Shown here: one piece after another, positions 22,192 through 32,482 of the stretch
How the letters are laid out: the number at the start of each line of letters is the position of its first letter
Position numbering within the stretch: the first letter of the stretch is position 1
From: a virus
Direction: 5' to 3' (one strand)
DNA length: 36,614 nucleotides
Virus record (IMG/VR): IMGVR_UViG_3300042804_000010
Position numbers and translations under genes: made by a program
Notes under the pieces: generated by a model
The model's input: the letters and a program-made list of their open reading frames with translations, nothing else
Told to the model about the DNA's origin: nothing
The model's database searches: none

Positions 22192-24933
22192 TTAATATCC
22201 TTCGATTATAATCTTTTCTGCAGTTCCTCCAACATCATTATTGTTAATGTCAAATATCTGCACATCTACACTATCATTTGTTTTATTCGTGAAATTAGCA
22301 TATTTCATTGTTGATCCATCTTGTAGCAAGTAGTAATTATATGATCTTGGCACTTCATAATACTCTACTCCGTAATCACTGTAATTAATTGTTGTTCCGC
22401 CTACGGGTACTGACAGATTATCAATTTCTAACTCTAAATCAGGCACATCAAAAAATTGTTTAATTTCATTAAGCTCAAATTCAGCAGTTTCAGTTTCCAG
22501 CTGAAAATTAAATTTAAACTGGCAGTATCTAAATTTGTATTCTCCAGTCATGTATTCTTGCCAGTCCGACCATTCAACATTATCGTCAGAAAATCTAACA
22601 TATATTTCAGTCTCATAGATAGCAGGTGGATTGTCTAAACTGTTATTAGGAAAATCATCCAATCCACGATTGGGGAAACTCAACAAGCTTAATCCTAAGT
22701 CTTGGAAAAACCAATCTTTTTTGAGCCTTATATCTGTTCGGCCAACTCTGACTGTATCAATAATTTCTGTCATATATTCAGCGCTAAAATCATAATCAGG
22801 CAAACCGTCTGCAAAAGCAGGAATATCAGGCCAATCATCAAGATTATAGCCGGCTAAGTCTTCTAAATTATACATGTGGAAGAATGCTATCTTGCCGTTA
22901 ATATTATCTATATTATCTAGTGTTGCATTATCTATATAATCAAGTTCATTTCTTTCGATAATTATATTAAGCTCCTGGCCAGTACCTGAAACTTCAAAAA
23001 TTACTGATGTGAAATCACTTGAATACTGTCTAACTCTATCAATTGTCTTAATCATATACATATGTGTTCCATCAATTTCATTTTCAGAAGTCCATCTGTC
23101 TCCAGTAAGTTTAGTCCCGAGAACTTCTCCATTATCCCAGTCTGTTCCTTTTCTAATTTCATAACCTAAAACATCTGGCTCATTTACTTCCTGCCATTTG
23201 AATATTAATTTTGCACCTTTTTGAGCGACTTGGAAGGTGCCAGGTGCTGCAGGTTTATTATCTTTACCTGATATAACTATTTTTCTTGAAGTAACTCCAG
23301 AACTTGTAATACCTCTATATTTTGAAACTGTCCGGACTCTTACAATATAATGAGAATTAACTTTTAAATTAGATATTTCAAAGCTGTCAGCTTCTGTTTC
23401 TCCGGCTATTCTATAACTTTTACCATCTTCTGAATAATCAATTACTGCATGATCAACTCTTTCATCATCAGGAATATCAAAATCTACGATTAAATTACTG
23501 ATTAAATTCCCATCCATGGTAGTATAACCGTATTCAGAAACAGAAAGATTATTTACTTCATTAGGAGCTTCAAAAGGATTCTTAAATTCAGAGCCGTAAT
23601 TCTCCTGCTGCACAACTCCATCATCAGTATAAATAGATTCATTATATTCAAGAGCAGTAATAGTCATATTATGATCTTCGGCTTCTTCTATTTCCATAAT
23701 TCGGAAAGGTTTATCAACCCAACCTGGTCTTTTATGGGTAACTAATATTTTATCGCCGACTTCTGCTTCAATATCTTTTATGCTTGCTCCAAAACTGATT
23801 ATTTGAGTGCAAAACTTTGATTTCTTTTGATAATATCTAGCTTCTCGCCCTGCTTGACTAAAACGATTAATACCATTAAGAGTTATGGTTTTAATCGATT
23901 CTCCAGGAACACTATTATCAATAAATCTCGCTCCAATAGTTTCAAAATTTTCAGCTGGATCTGTATATTCAACGACTACTTCTCTAAGTCTTTCTTTGCG
24001 TGATGTTCCGCGCCTTGCAAAACTGCCTACAATTATATTGTCAGTTTCTTCATTATCTGAAAATACAAAGCTTTGAGTTGCTATATCTGGCTTATCTATT
24101 TTAATTTTTAATTTTCCATCGGACCAAATTAAAAACGCTCTAAAAGTTGATAACATTTCATTTAGAATGTCTAATGCTGAACTTTTAGCATCAATGACAA
24201 AATCTAATTCAAACCTTTTTTTTCCATCGACAAGCTGATCAGCATATTCTGCAGCTTCTTTGAAACTTTCTAGATCGATAAAAGCATCAGAAACACCAAA
24301 ACCAAATCTCATTTTGCTTATAAAATCTAAAATACACCACGCGGGATTATTACTATATTTAGTAACCCAACTGCTGCCAGTCCAAACTCTTACATGCCTA
24401 CCCTTGATTATTGCGGTCATAGTTGGAGTTCCTGATGTTTCTAATTTATTAGCGTCAAGAGTTGTCGAATAGTGGGCAAGGAAAGGAAATGTTTGACCGC
24501 GTTCATTTTTCGACCAGGCAGATTGTTTTCTGTAACCTAATTTAGTTTCTGCGCTAATTGTTTTATCGTCAGCTTTAATTTCTTCTATTGATTCAATTGG
24601 CCCTTCTGAAATTCCAACCTGAATGTCCATAAGGTTATCATTTTCGCCGCTGATTTTTTGATTAATTATGTTACCAGCTACAAGATTTCTGCCATAGACA
24701 ACCGGAACTGGTATCTGGTGACTTTTGGTATTGCTTATCGGTCCAAACGAATATGTTGGCGAATTCTTTGATTGATTCATACTTTCTTGAAATTCTTTGG
24801 CCTCTTTATAATTATCGTAAGAGTTACCGACTGAAAAACCTAACATTGCTCCGGCTGCTATAGTCATCCCTCCGACTGTCGATGCAGCTGCTGCAGCTCC
24901 TGCTGCTATTCCGACTAGTGCTCCTACTCCCAT
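22192..24933 (-). CDS. Host-specificity protein J-like central tail fibre/tip protein
   Basis: 913 aa; follows the M/L/K-like genes as in lambda-type tail tips; Gly/Ala-rich hydrophobic N-terminus, large beta-rich body. Confidence 0.6.
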   Translation of the reverse strand: MGVGALVGIAAGAAAAASTVGGMTIAAGAMLGFSVGNSYDNYKEAKEFQESMNQSKNSPTYSFGPISNTKSHQIPVPVVYGRNLVAGNIINQKISGENDNLMDIQVGISEGPIESIEEIKADDKTISAETKLGYRKQSAWSKNERGQTFPFLAHYSTTLDANKLETSGTPTMTAIIKGRHVRVWTGSSWVTKYSNNPAWCILDFISKMRFGFGVSDAFIDLESFKEAAEYADQLVDGKKRFELDFVIDAKSSALDILNEMLSTFRAFLIWSDGKLKIKIDKPDIATQSFVFSDNEETDNIIVGSFARRGTSRKERLREVVVEYTDPAENFETIGARFIDNSVPGESIKTITLNGINRFSQAGREARYYQKKSKFCTQIISFGASIKDIEAEVGDKILVTHKRPGWVDKPFRIMEIEEAEDHNMTITALEYNESIYTDDGVVQQENYGSEFKNPFEAPNEVNNLSVSEYGYTTMDGNLISNLIVDFDIPDDERVDHAVIDYSEDGKSYRIAGETEADSFEISNLKVNSHYIVRVRTVSKYRGITSSGVTSRKIVISGKDNKPAAPGTFQVAQKGAKLIFKWQEVNEPDVLGYEIRKGTDWDNGEVLGTKLTGDRWTSENEIDGTHMYMIKTIDRVRQYSSDFTSVIFEVSGTGQELNIIIERNELDYIDNATLDNIDNINGKIAFFHMYNLEDLAGYNLDDWPDIPAFADGLPDYDFSAEYMTEIIDTVRVGRTDIRLKKDWFFQDLGLSLLSFPNRGLDDFPNNSLDNPPAIYETEIYVRFSDDNVEWSDWQEYMTGEYKFRYCQFKFNFQLETETAEFELNEIKQFFDVPDLELEIDNLSVPVGGTTINYSDYGVEYYEVPRSYNYYLLQDGSTMKYANFTNKTNDSVDVQIFDINNNDVGGTAEKIIIEGY

Positions 24934-24937
24934 TTCC

Positions 24938-25324
24938 TCACCTCACTCTCCATATACTATGCAATCGCTTTTCCCATTTTAAAAATTTACTAATTCTCGC
25001 TTTTGAATTATCAAAAATATGAATAAATCTATAGTTATCAACTAAAACACCCGCATGTCTTGGCATTCCTCCGACTTCAAAAACAACAACATCTAAGGGC
25101 TGCTTATTTTTTTTATTTATCTGATCACAATATAAACTTAATCCTTCGGGCAGTCTATTTGGATTTTCTTTCATCCAGTCAGGTGGCAAAATTTCTCCAT
25201 CGTTATCTGGGAGATTAATATTATTATCTGCTAAAACATCGACAACCAGTCCTAAACAGTCATAACCTTCTTCCCCTCGGCCGTTAAACTTATATTCTTT
25301 ACCTAAATACTTTTCTAAATCCAT
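24938..25324 (-). CDS. NlpC/P60-family tail peptidase (lambda K-like)
   Basis: 128 aa with catalytic Cys context EGYDCLGLVVDV and downstream His (PRHAGVLV). Confidence 0.6.
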   Translation of the reverse strand: MDLEKYLGKEYKFNGRGEEGYDCLGLVVDVLADNNINLPDNDGEILPPDWMKENPNRLPEGLSLYCDQINKKNKQPLDVVVFEVGGMPRHAGVLVDNYRFIHIFDNSKARISKFLKWEKRLHSIWRVR

Positions 25325-26163
25325 CAGTCAACACGCCTCACATTTCTAATTTTCGGAATGTCTAAGAAACCGCCATAAAACTGAGTGTTATTCCAGTATT
25401 TACACCCATGACCACCGTTATAGGTTAAATCACAGCCGGCTTCTAAATGATAACTGTCGCCCGCCTGAGCATTTTGAAAAGGATATTCAACATCTACAAA
25501 ACCACTTGCAGAATAAATTATTTTTCTGCTTTCATTTCCAACCTTTATAATTCCATGTTTCCAGCGATCAGCCGGCTGATTCATTGCACTATCATATATT
25601 CTGTTATTAGATATGCTGTCAATGGTCCCATTTAAAGTTGGGATATTGTAACCGCAACCTTCTCCACCAAATCCACCAGGCCATCTGCAATTAACCCCGT
25701 AACTTCTGCGAGGTAATTCGACTTCTAAAGCATCAAGATTAGACACAAGCTCAGCAGTTAAATTATATTCATCAGTTGAAATTGAATCGATAACTGAGTC
25801 AGTGAACATTTCTATTTTGTTTTCAAATTTGTCTAAGTGATTTCGAAATACTTTCCAGATCGTTACTTTTCTACCCTCGAATTGAGTATTAGCAATATAG
25901 GCCGAAAAGTTTTTATTGACATTATCAAAGGTGACTGTCACACTATCTGGAGCTGTCTTGTTATTCTTTTTGATTTTGCTTCTACTGATACTTGCTGCAT
26001 AATAGGTTTGTTCATTCCCCTGCTCATCAAAAAACGCTATATTCTCAGGGAACATAGCGTAGTACAAAGTTTCTTCATCTAATTTTATTTGATATAGTTC
26101 TATCGGCCAGTTATAATCTTTATCTTTTTCTGCAATTACATCAGGGCTGAGAGTTCGGGGCAT
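25324..26163 (-). CDS. Minor tail protein L-like (conserved Cys cluster)
   Basis: C-terminal ...NCRWPGGFGGEGCGY...GCDLTYNGGHGCKYWNNTQFYGGFLDI resembles the Cys-containing C-terminus of lambda gpL-type proteins (recalled from memory). Confidence 0.55.
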   Translation of the reverse strand: MPRTLSPDVIAEKDKDYNWPIELYQIKLDEETLYYAMFPENIAFFDEQGNEQTYYAASISRSKIKKNNKTAPDSVTVTFDNVNKNFSAYIANTQFEGRKVTIWKVFRNHLDKFENKIEMFTDSVIDSISTDEYNLTAELVSNLDALEVELPRRSYGVNCRWPGGFGGEGCGYNIPTLNGTIDSISNNRIYDSAMNQPADRWKHGIIKVGNESRKIIYSASGFVDVEYPFQNAQAGDSYHLEAGCDLTYNGGHGCKYWNNTQFYGGFLDIPKIRNVRRVD

Positions 26164-26520
26164 TTAAACCAGCTCCTTTAATTCAATTGAAAATGAGTGA
26201 GCTTTATTGTCATATACTTCATCGCTTAATTTAGACTGGTTGAATCTAACTTTTATGTCAGACTCAATTATGTTTCCTTCTGAGTCTTTATAATCCCAGA
26301 GAAAAGGTTCATATTCGCCCTTTCTGGCATAGAAAAAGTTTGCTATTTCTTCTGCATCATTGTTATAATTGCTTGTTTTGTCAAATTCTAGTTTGAACAC
26401 TCTGAAAGGCAAACCTTTGGGGCGCCTCTGTTCTCTACCGCCTTCCATTTTGGTGATAAGAGTATTGGTGTTAATATCAACAACCCATGCTTTTTTGTAC
26501 TTGTAATCAAATTTTTCCAA
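26164..26520 (-). CDS. Minor tail protein M-like
   Basis: 118 aa directly after the tape measure gene; ...EPFLWDYKDSEG...KVRF...SFSIELKEL pattern. Confidence 0.5.
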   Translation of the reverse strand: MEKFDYKYKKAWVVDINTNTLITKMEGGREQRRPKGLPFRVFKLEFDKTSNYNNDAEEIANFFYARKGEYEPFLWDYKDSEGNIIESDIKVRFNQSKLSDEVYDNKAHSFSIELKELV

Positions 26521-26532
26521 AAGCTCACCTCC

Positions 26533-29463
26533 TTAAGATTTTTTAATAGCTTGTCTAAGAGTTCCATTTCTCATAATATCTCGGCCTACAACATTGATAA
26601 TTGCATCCGGATTTCTACTAACATATTCAGCAAATGATTGAGTATCAATGGCAGTAATGTCGAATATATTTATTGGCGCTGAACCACCACCATTTTGTAA
26701 TCCTTTTACCTGGTCTTTATTTAGCACATATTCGCCATTTTCTAAAATTGCAGGCACTTCATTACTTTTAAGGCCGATTCCTCCACCTTCGTGATACCTC
26801 TGCATTTTTGCAATAGCATTAGCTGGGCTAACAAAACCTCCTTCATGGAAGGTTGGAAGATTTAAACCGCCTAAAGCATAATTAACTATAGGGCCAACAA
26901 CAGCTTTTTGTAATACCATTGAAGCAATTTGATCAGCTATATTGTCGAATACATCTCCTAAGTCTTCGCCTCTAGCTATTGCATCTGATAAGCCAGTTAT
27001 TAAATCATCTTTCCAATCAACAAATTTCTGGTTAGCTTCTTCGATTTCTAGTCCTAAATCAACAAAAGCATCAGTCATCCAGTTGATAGATTTGGCTCCT
27101 TCTTTTGAATCGCTTTCTCCAGTATAGCCAGTAGCTGCATTTCTTCCCATTCTTCCGAGATTGGCAAGATTAGTTGAAAAGTCATTAGGATCGCTTTCTG
27201 CTTTTAATGTTTCATTTATTTTTTCTCTAATTCGCCGCCATTCATCAGTGTCTTTTTCATATTGTTTTAGACGCTCTCTTAAATATTTTCGATATTGAGT
27301 TTCAGATATTTTACCCATTTCAAAGCGGTTTTCCATTTTCTCTCTTTCAAGTTGAAGTTCTTTTTTATTATATTTTTCAATAATATCTAATCTTTTTTCT
27401 CGATAAATTTTTGTGAGAGTGGCTGTATCCTGGCCTTTTTCCTGCATCAATTCTTTTTCAGCTTCATACTGCTGCTCTAATTGAGCAAGTTCTCTTTCTT
27501 TACCATCTTTTTTGAGAAGCTCAAGCTCATTTTGCAATTGTTCTTCCCTTTCAATAGCAGCCTCTTTGCGGCGCTCTGCTTCCTCTTCTTCCTGTTCGTT
27601 AACTTCTTCAAGATAATCTTTATACTGGTTATTGTAGAATTGCTCAACCATTTCTTTTAATTTTTCTTTTTGTTCAGCTGTTGCATCTTTGAGATTATCA
27701 ATTCTTTCAAATTCACCATACATTTTATTTTCTAATTTAGCCCAGGCTTTTTCTGAGTCATTAGACATATTTTCTACTTCTTGCTCAAAATTATATGATT
27801 CTATTTCAGCTCTTAATTCATCAATGTAATTTTTGTAATCGCTTTGATCAGATGTTGAACCTCCGCCACCGCCACCAGATAAATCTACTTCTTCTAATTC
27901 ATTGTTAGTTTCTTCAATTTCTTGCAAAGCCTTTTCAGTCTCATCTAAATCTTTTTTTAGATTATTCAATCTGTTTTGTGATTCGCTTATAGAATATTTT
28001 TCACCTATTATGGAATCTTCGCTTGCCCCATTTCTGCGAGCCTCTAATCTCCGTTCTTCTTTTTGGATGTCAGATTCAAGTAGGTCTTTTCTTCTTTTAA
28101 GTTCGGCTTCGTTTAGCGATTTAACATTTCGCTCCATAAATTTAAGCTGCTTGTTTCCCTCGTAAATTCTTTTTGCAAGAAGGCCAAAGCCTACTATAAC
28201 AGCTCCGCCGATCATATAAGGATTTAAAGCTGCAGTTAATCCGCCGGCTCCGTTAATTACATTTGTTAAAGAGCTCAATGTAAGAGATAAGTTTCCGGTA
28301 ATGCTTAATACTGGTCCTAAAGCAGCCGCCACTCCTGCACCAAAAATAACCATGTCTTGCTCTTCTTCTGATAAGTCATTGAAAGCATCTACTACATCTA
28401 TGACATTTTCCTTTATTTGAGTCATTATTGGTTCTAGTTCTGCACCTAATTCAGCTAAAGATTGCTCTAAATCATAATTAGCTTCTGCACTTTCTACAAG
28501 TGCTTCATTATTATCTTTATACTGCTCATATACATCTGATAGTCCGGTATTGGCAAGAGTCTGCATTACATAATCAGTTGCTTTGCCGTTTTCTTTTGCA
28601 GTCTGCAGCCCTTCATTAAAATCATCTAAATTAATACCTAATCTTGACAGCATTTCATCAAATTGACCAACTGACTGTCCCGATCCAATAGTTTCCTGGA
28701 TTGATTCAGATAAATTTTCAAACTTCAATGTGTCTGGGAACTGTATAACAGCACCAGCTATATCATCAATAACACTTGATAATTGTTCATCTCTGAAACC
28801 TGCAGCTAACAAACTGGATAATCCCTCAACGTTAGAATCTAATTCGCCAGTAACGGCGTTAAGATCTGACATATATCCGTGCATTTCATCAATACTTACA
28901 TTTGCAGTTCGAGCGTTATTTTCAAGAGTCGAAACTTCTTTTCTAAAATCTCTTGTTCCTTCTGTAAGCGCAAAAAAGGCAGCTGTAATAGGTAAAGTGA
29001 CATGAGTATTAAGGTTATCACCGATTCCTTTCATTCTATTCCCGAACTTTTCCATGCCGTCCGCAGCTTTTTGCATCTTTCTGCTAAATTCATTCGCTTT
29101 TCTTTGGGTTTTCTCGAGTTCATCTGTAAAACTTTCAAGCTGATCTTCAGTTTTAATCAGCTCTCTGCGATATTCCCGGTATTCCTTTTCTCCAACATCT
29201 CCAGACTTATATTGTTTCTGCATGTCTTTTTCAGCTTGTTTTAATACATCAAGTTTTTCTTTAGTTTGCTCAACTCTTTCTGTAAGAATATCCTGTTTTT
29301 GAGCCCAGAGTTCAACTGAGTCTGGATTGAATTTTAATGCTCGATTAACCTGGTATAATTCCCGGCCAATTTTCCTTGATTGAGAGCGAATATCTTTAAG
29401 AGCTTTGTCAAGACCTTTCGTCGATGCTCCAATTTCTACAGTTATACCTTTTTTCTGAGCCAC
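26533..29463 (-). CDS. Tail tape measure protein
   Basis: 976 aa, long coiled-coil/charged central region, GGGGGG linker, hydrophobic segments; GTG start preceded by GGGAGGTGA; sits between chaperone and tip genes. Confidence 0.85.
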   Translation of the reverse strand: MAQKKGITVEIGASTKGLDKALKDIRSQSRKIGRELYQVNRALKFNPDSVELWAQKQDILTERVEQTKEKLDVLKQAEKDMQKQYKSGDVGEKEYREYRRELIKTEDQLESFTDELEKTQRKANEFSRKMQKAADGMEKFGNRMKGIGDNLNTHVTLPITAAFFALTEGTRDFRKEVSTLENNARTANVSIDEMHGYMSDLNAVTGELDSNVEGLSSLLAAGFRDEQLSSVIDDIAGAVIQFPDTLKFENLSESIQETIGSGQSVGQFDEMLSRLGINLDDFNEGLQTAKENGKATDYVMQTLANTGLSDVYEQYKDNNEALVESAEANYDLEQSLAELGAELEPIMTQIKENVIDVVDAFNDLSEEEQDMVIFGAGVAAALGPVLSITGNLSLTLSSLTNVINGAGGLTAALNPYMIGGAVIVGFGLLAKRIYEGNKQLKFMERNVKSLNEAELKRRKDLLESDIQKEERRLEARRNGASEDSIIGEKYSISESQNRLNNLKKDLDETEKALQEIEETNNELEEVDLSGGGGGGSTSDQSDYKNYIDELRAEIESYNFEQEVENMSNDSEKAWAKLENKMYGEFERIDNLKDATAEQKEKLKEMVEQFYNNQYKDYLEEVNEQEEEEAERRKEAAIEREEQLQNELELLKKDGKERELAQLEQQYEAEKELMQEKGQDTATLTKIYREKRLDIIEKYNKKELQLEREKMENRFEMGKISETQYRKYLRERLKQYEKDTDEWRRIREKINETLKAESDPNDFSTNLANLGRMGRNAATGYTGESDSKEGAKSINWMTDAFVDLGLEIEEANQKFVDWKDDLITGLSDAIARGEDLGDVFDNIADQIASMVLQKAVVGPIVNYALGGLNLPTFHEGGFVSPANAIAKMQRYHEGGGIGLKSNEVPAILENGEYVLNKDQVKGLQNGGGSAPINIFDITAIDTQSFAEYVSRNPDAIINVVGRDIMRNGTLRQAIKKS

Positions 29464-29467
29464 TTAA

Positions 29468-29682
29468 TCACCTCCCGAAATGGTTTTGGAAACTTTGCGG
29501 AGTTCCTTGGGGTTCAGATATTTTCTTTTCTTCTTCAATATCTTCGCCAAAATAAATTCTTTGTAATCTTAAAAAATCTAATAAATGTATATAATTTAAT
29601 TCATCGATAGAATAATTCAATCTTTTAGCAATAGATAATATATATAAGTCTAATCTATCTATGTTTTTTTCAGTTTTTTTTT
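29468..29682 (-). CDS. Candidate -1 frameshift extension of the tail assembly chaperone (GT-like product)
   Basis: Slippery A-run (plus-strand T9 at 29674-29682); the -1 frame is open for 70 codons (KKTEKNIDRLDLYILSIAKRLNYSIDELN...PQSFQNHFGR) and ends at TGA 29468-29470, overlapping the tape measure RBS and start. Confidence 0.5.
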
Positions 29683-30099
29683 ACTCTTTTTTTCATCTTT
29701 ATTGTCTTCAAATTCTTTACCACTGAAATTTTCTTCTAATCTTATAACTAGATCCACAAGCCAGTTGAGATTAAGTAAGTTCGGTTTATCAAATTGATTA
29801 AGCCACTCATCATAAGTAGGAAATTTAAAAATGTCATTATCTGCTTTGTTGAGACAATAAACAAATTCTAGCAGCTCATCAGATATTTTTTTGATTTCAT
29901 CCTGCTCTTTTTTAATTTCTCTAAAATCTCCAGTTTCATAATTTTTATATTTTTCTTGAATGCCGCCAACTTTGGCGACCGCTTTCCCTACTTCTTCTAA
30001 AAAGTTTTTATCAAAATTATCTCTGTAAAGTTTTGGGACTAAGGCGGAAAACCTCAGTCCCAAAGTATGATCCCATATATTAATCTTTTCCTGCAGCAT
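29659..30099 (-). CDS. Tail assembly chaperone (G-like)
   Basis: 146-aa acidic protein between major tail and tape measure genes; ends with a Lys run encoded by an A9 tract four codons before the stop. Confidence 0.65.
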   Translation of the reverse strand: MLQEKINIWDHTLGLRFSALVPKLYRDNFDKNFLEEVGKAVAKVGGIQEKYKNYETGDFREIKKEQDEIKKISDELLEFVYCLNKADNDIFKFPTYDEWLNQFDKPNLLNLNWLVDLVIRLEENFSGKEFEDNKDEKKSKKKLKKT

Positions 30100-30109
30100 T
30101 AATTATCAC

Positions 30110-31009
30110 CTACACATCAGTAGTTGAAGGAACTGAATCAAAGAAGTTGGCATAACCAGGGTCATTTTCGAATATTTCTCCCATGACTCTGCGTGCTGAT
30201 TCTTCAACAAACATTGTCAAGTTAAGAGTTTCTGTATCAAATGTAACTGAGTCTTCATTAGTATTATTATCTTTTGAAGGTCTAGAAGCTTTAGTTCTCC
30301 AAAAAACAAATCTCATATCTTCTTCATTTCCGTTTATTTGAGCCATTAAAGCAAATTCTTTTGGCTCATCATCTGCGGATTCAACAATCATTCCATTGGA
30401 GAAAACTGTTTTTCCGAGCATTTCAGCTTGAATTTCTCTAGGGATGAAACCAGCTTCAATAGAGCCTGTGTATCCATTGTTAGTTTCTTCTTCGAGTTGT
30501 TTAGTGTCATCTCCAAATAATTCAGCTGTGTCACCTTCTGGATCTGCTGCAAAGTTAATAACCCCTGGGATTTGTTTCACTTTACCATATCCAGTTGTTC
30601 CAGCAGTGACAGCTGCAGAACTCCCCATTGTAGCTCCGGTTGTTCCCGTGTCAGTGAATGCAATTTCTAAAGTAGAATCATTTTCTTGCACTACTTTAGT
30701 TTTAAGGTATATAACACCTTTATCGTTTCTAGCATCAAAAACTGGACTAATGATATCATCATTGTTTAAAACATTGACAATTGCAGATGCAACTTTGCTC
30801 ACTGTAGTATGAGTTTCACTTGCTAACGGAACTACTACAGAATGAGGAGAATCTGCTCCAAGCAAAGTCCCTGCTGTAACTTGAATCTCTATTTCTCCAT
30901 CTGTAGAAGGTGCCGCGGTAACTTCAATTTTTTCAGCCTGCGCTTCTCCTTTAAAAGCTATGTGGAGATTTCTTAATCCCCATGTACCTTTATTTGACAT
31001 AAATTTCAC
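30110..31009 (-). CDS. Major tail protein
   Basis: 299 aa, Thr/Gly-rich beta protein immediately upstream of the chaperone and tape measure genes. Confidence 0.7.
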   Translation of the reverse strand: MKFMSNKGTWGLRNLHIAFKGEAQAEKIEVTAAPSTDGEIEIQVTAGTLLGADSPHSVVVPLASETHTTVSKVASAIVNVLNNDDIISPVFDARNDKGVIYLKTKVVQENDSTLEIAFTDTGTTGATMGSSAAVTAGTTGYGKVKQIPGVINFAADPEGDTAELFGDDTKQLEEETNNGYTGSIEAGFIPREIQAEMLGKTVFSNGMIVESADDEPKEFALMAQINGNEEDMRFVFWRTKASRPSKDNNTNEDSVTFDTETLNLTMFVEESARRVMGEIFENDPGYANFFDSVPSTTDV

Positions 31010-31013
31010 TCCT

Positions 31014-31325
31014 TTATATTATTGATATTTCATAAACTGTCTGATACAAATCTTCATCGTCTAAAAATTCTTGTGATTTCTGATAAGCAATCCCTAAACT
31101 TTTAAATAAATTTTCGATTTCTTTTTCAACTGGCGGATTCCACTTTTTTGTATATAGTTCAACATTAAAATATTCAACTCCAACATAATTAATATTATCC
31201 GCCATAAAATCATTGTTATACCGATAAACAATTAGAATAAATGGAGGAGATTGAGGTTCTTTAAACTTTCGATAAGCTGTTGGGTATAAAGTTTTGAGTT
31301 CAGCCAGTAATTCTTGATAAATCAT
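31014..31325 (-). CDS. Putative tail terminator/neck protein
   Basis: 103-aa ORF between the gp10-like gene and the major tail gene; role inferred from synteny. Confidence 0.4.
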   Translation of the reverse strand: MIYQELLAELKTLYPTAYRKFKEPQSPPFILIVYRYNNDFMADNINYVGVEYFNVELYTKKWNPPVEKEIENLFKSLGIAYQKSQEFLDDEDLYQTVYEISII

Positions 31326-31329
31326 TCAA

Positions 31330-31722
31330 TCAACCTCCATTCTCTAGTATTTTGTTAATATTTCTTTGGTACTCAGCAATATATTTCTTCTCAGCCGGTC
31401 CGATATGCGGTATTCCTTCGACTCTACCAGTTCCACCATCAATTGCATGTCCATTCTCAAGTAAATGAGTTAGCTGCGGTTTATCTTTGTTATATACTGT
31501 AATAACAATTTTCCCGTACTTTTTGCTTGTAGAATAGCTCCAGCCGTTAGCATATTCACCCGTTTCTTTAGGAGAATTACTTTTAATTTCTCTTTTCATT
31601 TTACGAGCAGTTGAACGAGTTTCTTTTTCAATTGCATCTTTAACAGGTTCAGTATAATCCTGGACTGAGTTAACTATTTCATCTGCGAGCTGGTCAATGC
31701 TAACTGTTTTAGACATCGCCAT
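31330..31722 (-). CDS. HK97 gp10-family tail-completion/neck protein
   Basis: 130 aa with ...LTHLLENGHAIDGG... near the C-terminus and conserved synteny. Confidence 0.6.
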   Translation of the reverse strand: MAMSKTVSIDQLADEIVNSVQDYTEPVKDAIEKETRSTARKMKREIKSNSPKETGEYANGWSYSTSKKYGKIVITVYNKDKPQLTHLLENGHAIDGGTGRVEGIPHIGPAEKKYIAEYQRNINKILENGG

Positions 31723-32011
31723 TCACCCTCTCGCAAGTGAGAATAGTTCTTGCGCCCATCTTTTGGCTGCGGATAATATTATAAATTGTTCCATCAAATT
31801 TAATTTCTTTCTCGCCATCATATTCAACTGAGCGAATTTCAAATTTAACTTCTGGTCTTAATCCCTGGCTAGCTGCATTATAATATTCAGATGATCCAAT
31901 AGAATTTTCATTTGCAAAGACTTTTCTTTCGGTTCGAGTTTCAATCTCATTTCCCCACTCGTCTTGAGTAATTGTAGTTGAAATAAGATGAATAATTTTG
32001 TTATATCTCAT
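31709..32011 (-). CDS. Head-tail adaptor (head closure) protein
   Basis: 100-aa ORF between the connector and gp10-like genes. Confidence 0.55.
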   Translation of the reverse strand: MRYNKIIHLISTTITQDEWGNEIETRTERKVFANENSIGSSEYYNAASQGLRPEVKFEIRSVEYDGEKEIKFDGTIYNIIRSQKMGARTILTCERVNGDV

Positions 32012-32015
32012 TCAA

Positions 32016-32471
32016 TCACCCACTTATCGTTATGTCGCCAGTAACATCAGTATATTGAATTTCGCCGTCTGCAATTTTGTAAGCGACTTTATTCTTTGGC
32101 CTGCTATAAAAAATAACTTCTCCCGAAGCGTCAGTTTCTTTTTCTTCTCCATCAAAAATAACTGCACATTGCTCAGAAGCATTAATAGTTATTTTGTAGC
32201 TGTTATATTCTCTAAGCTGAGACAATTTATTTGCAATCGATTCATATATCTTTAAAAACCTTTCTGCTTCCGGATTGTCATAACCAAAGTTAGCTTTGCA
32301 ATATAAAACAATAGCCTGGATAGTTAACTGGTCAGTTTCATCTACCTTTAGAACACCCTTAGTATCAAGATCGCTTTTGGCTGCTTCAATTAGCCCGGTT
32401 ATTTCTGAATTAAAAGCGGTATTTGTTTCGCTTATTCTTAATTGTGGCTTAACATCTTCTAAGAGAGCCAT
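32016..32471 (-). CDS. Head-tail connector protein (gp6-like)
   Basis: N-terminus MALLEDVKPQLRISETNTAFNSEITGLIEAAKSDL resembles gp6-type connectors. Confidence 0.6.
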   Translation of the reverse strand: MALLEDVKPQLRISETNTAFNSEITGLIEAAKSDLDTKGVLKVDETDQLTIQAIVLYCKANFGYDNPEAERFLKIYESIANKLSQLREYNSYKITINASEQCAVIFDGEEKETDASGEVIFYSRPKNKVAYKIADGEIQYTDVTGDITISG

Positions 32472-32482
32472 TTAATCGCCCC

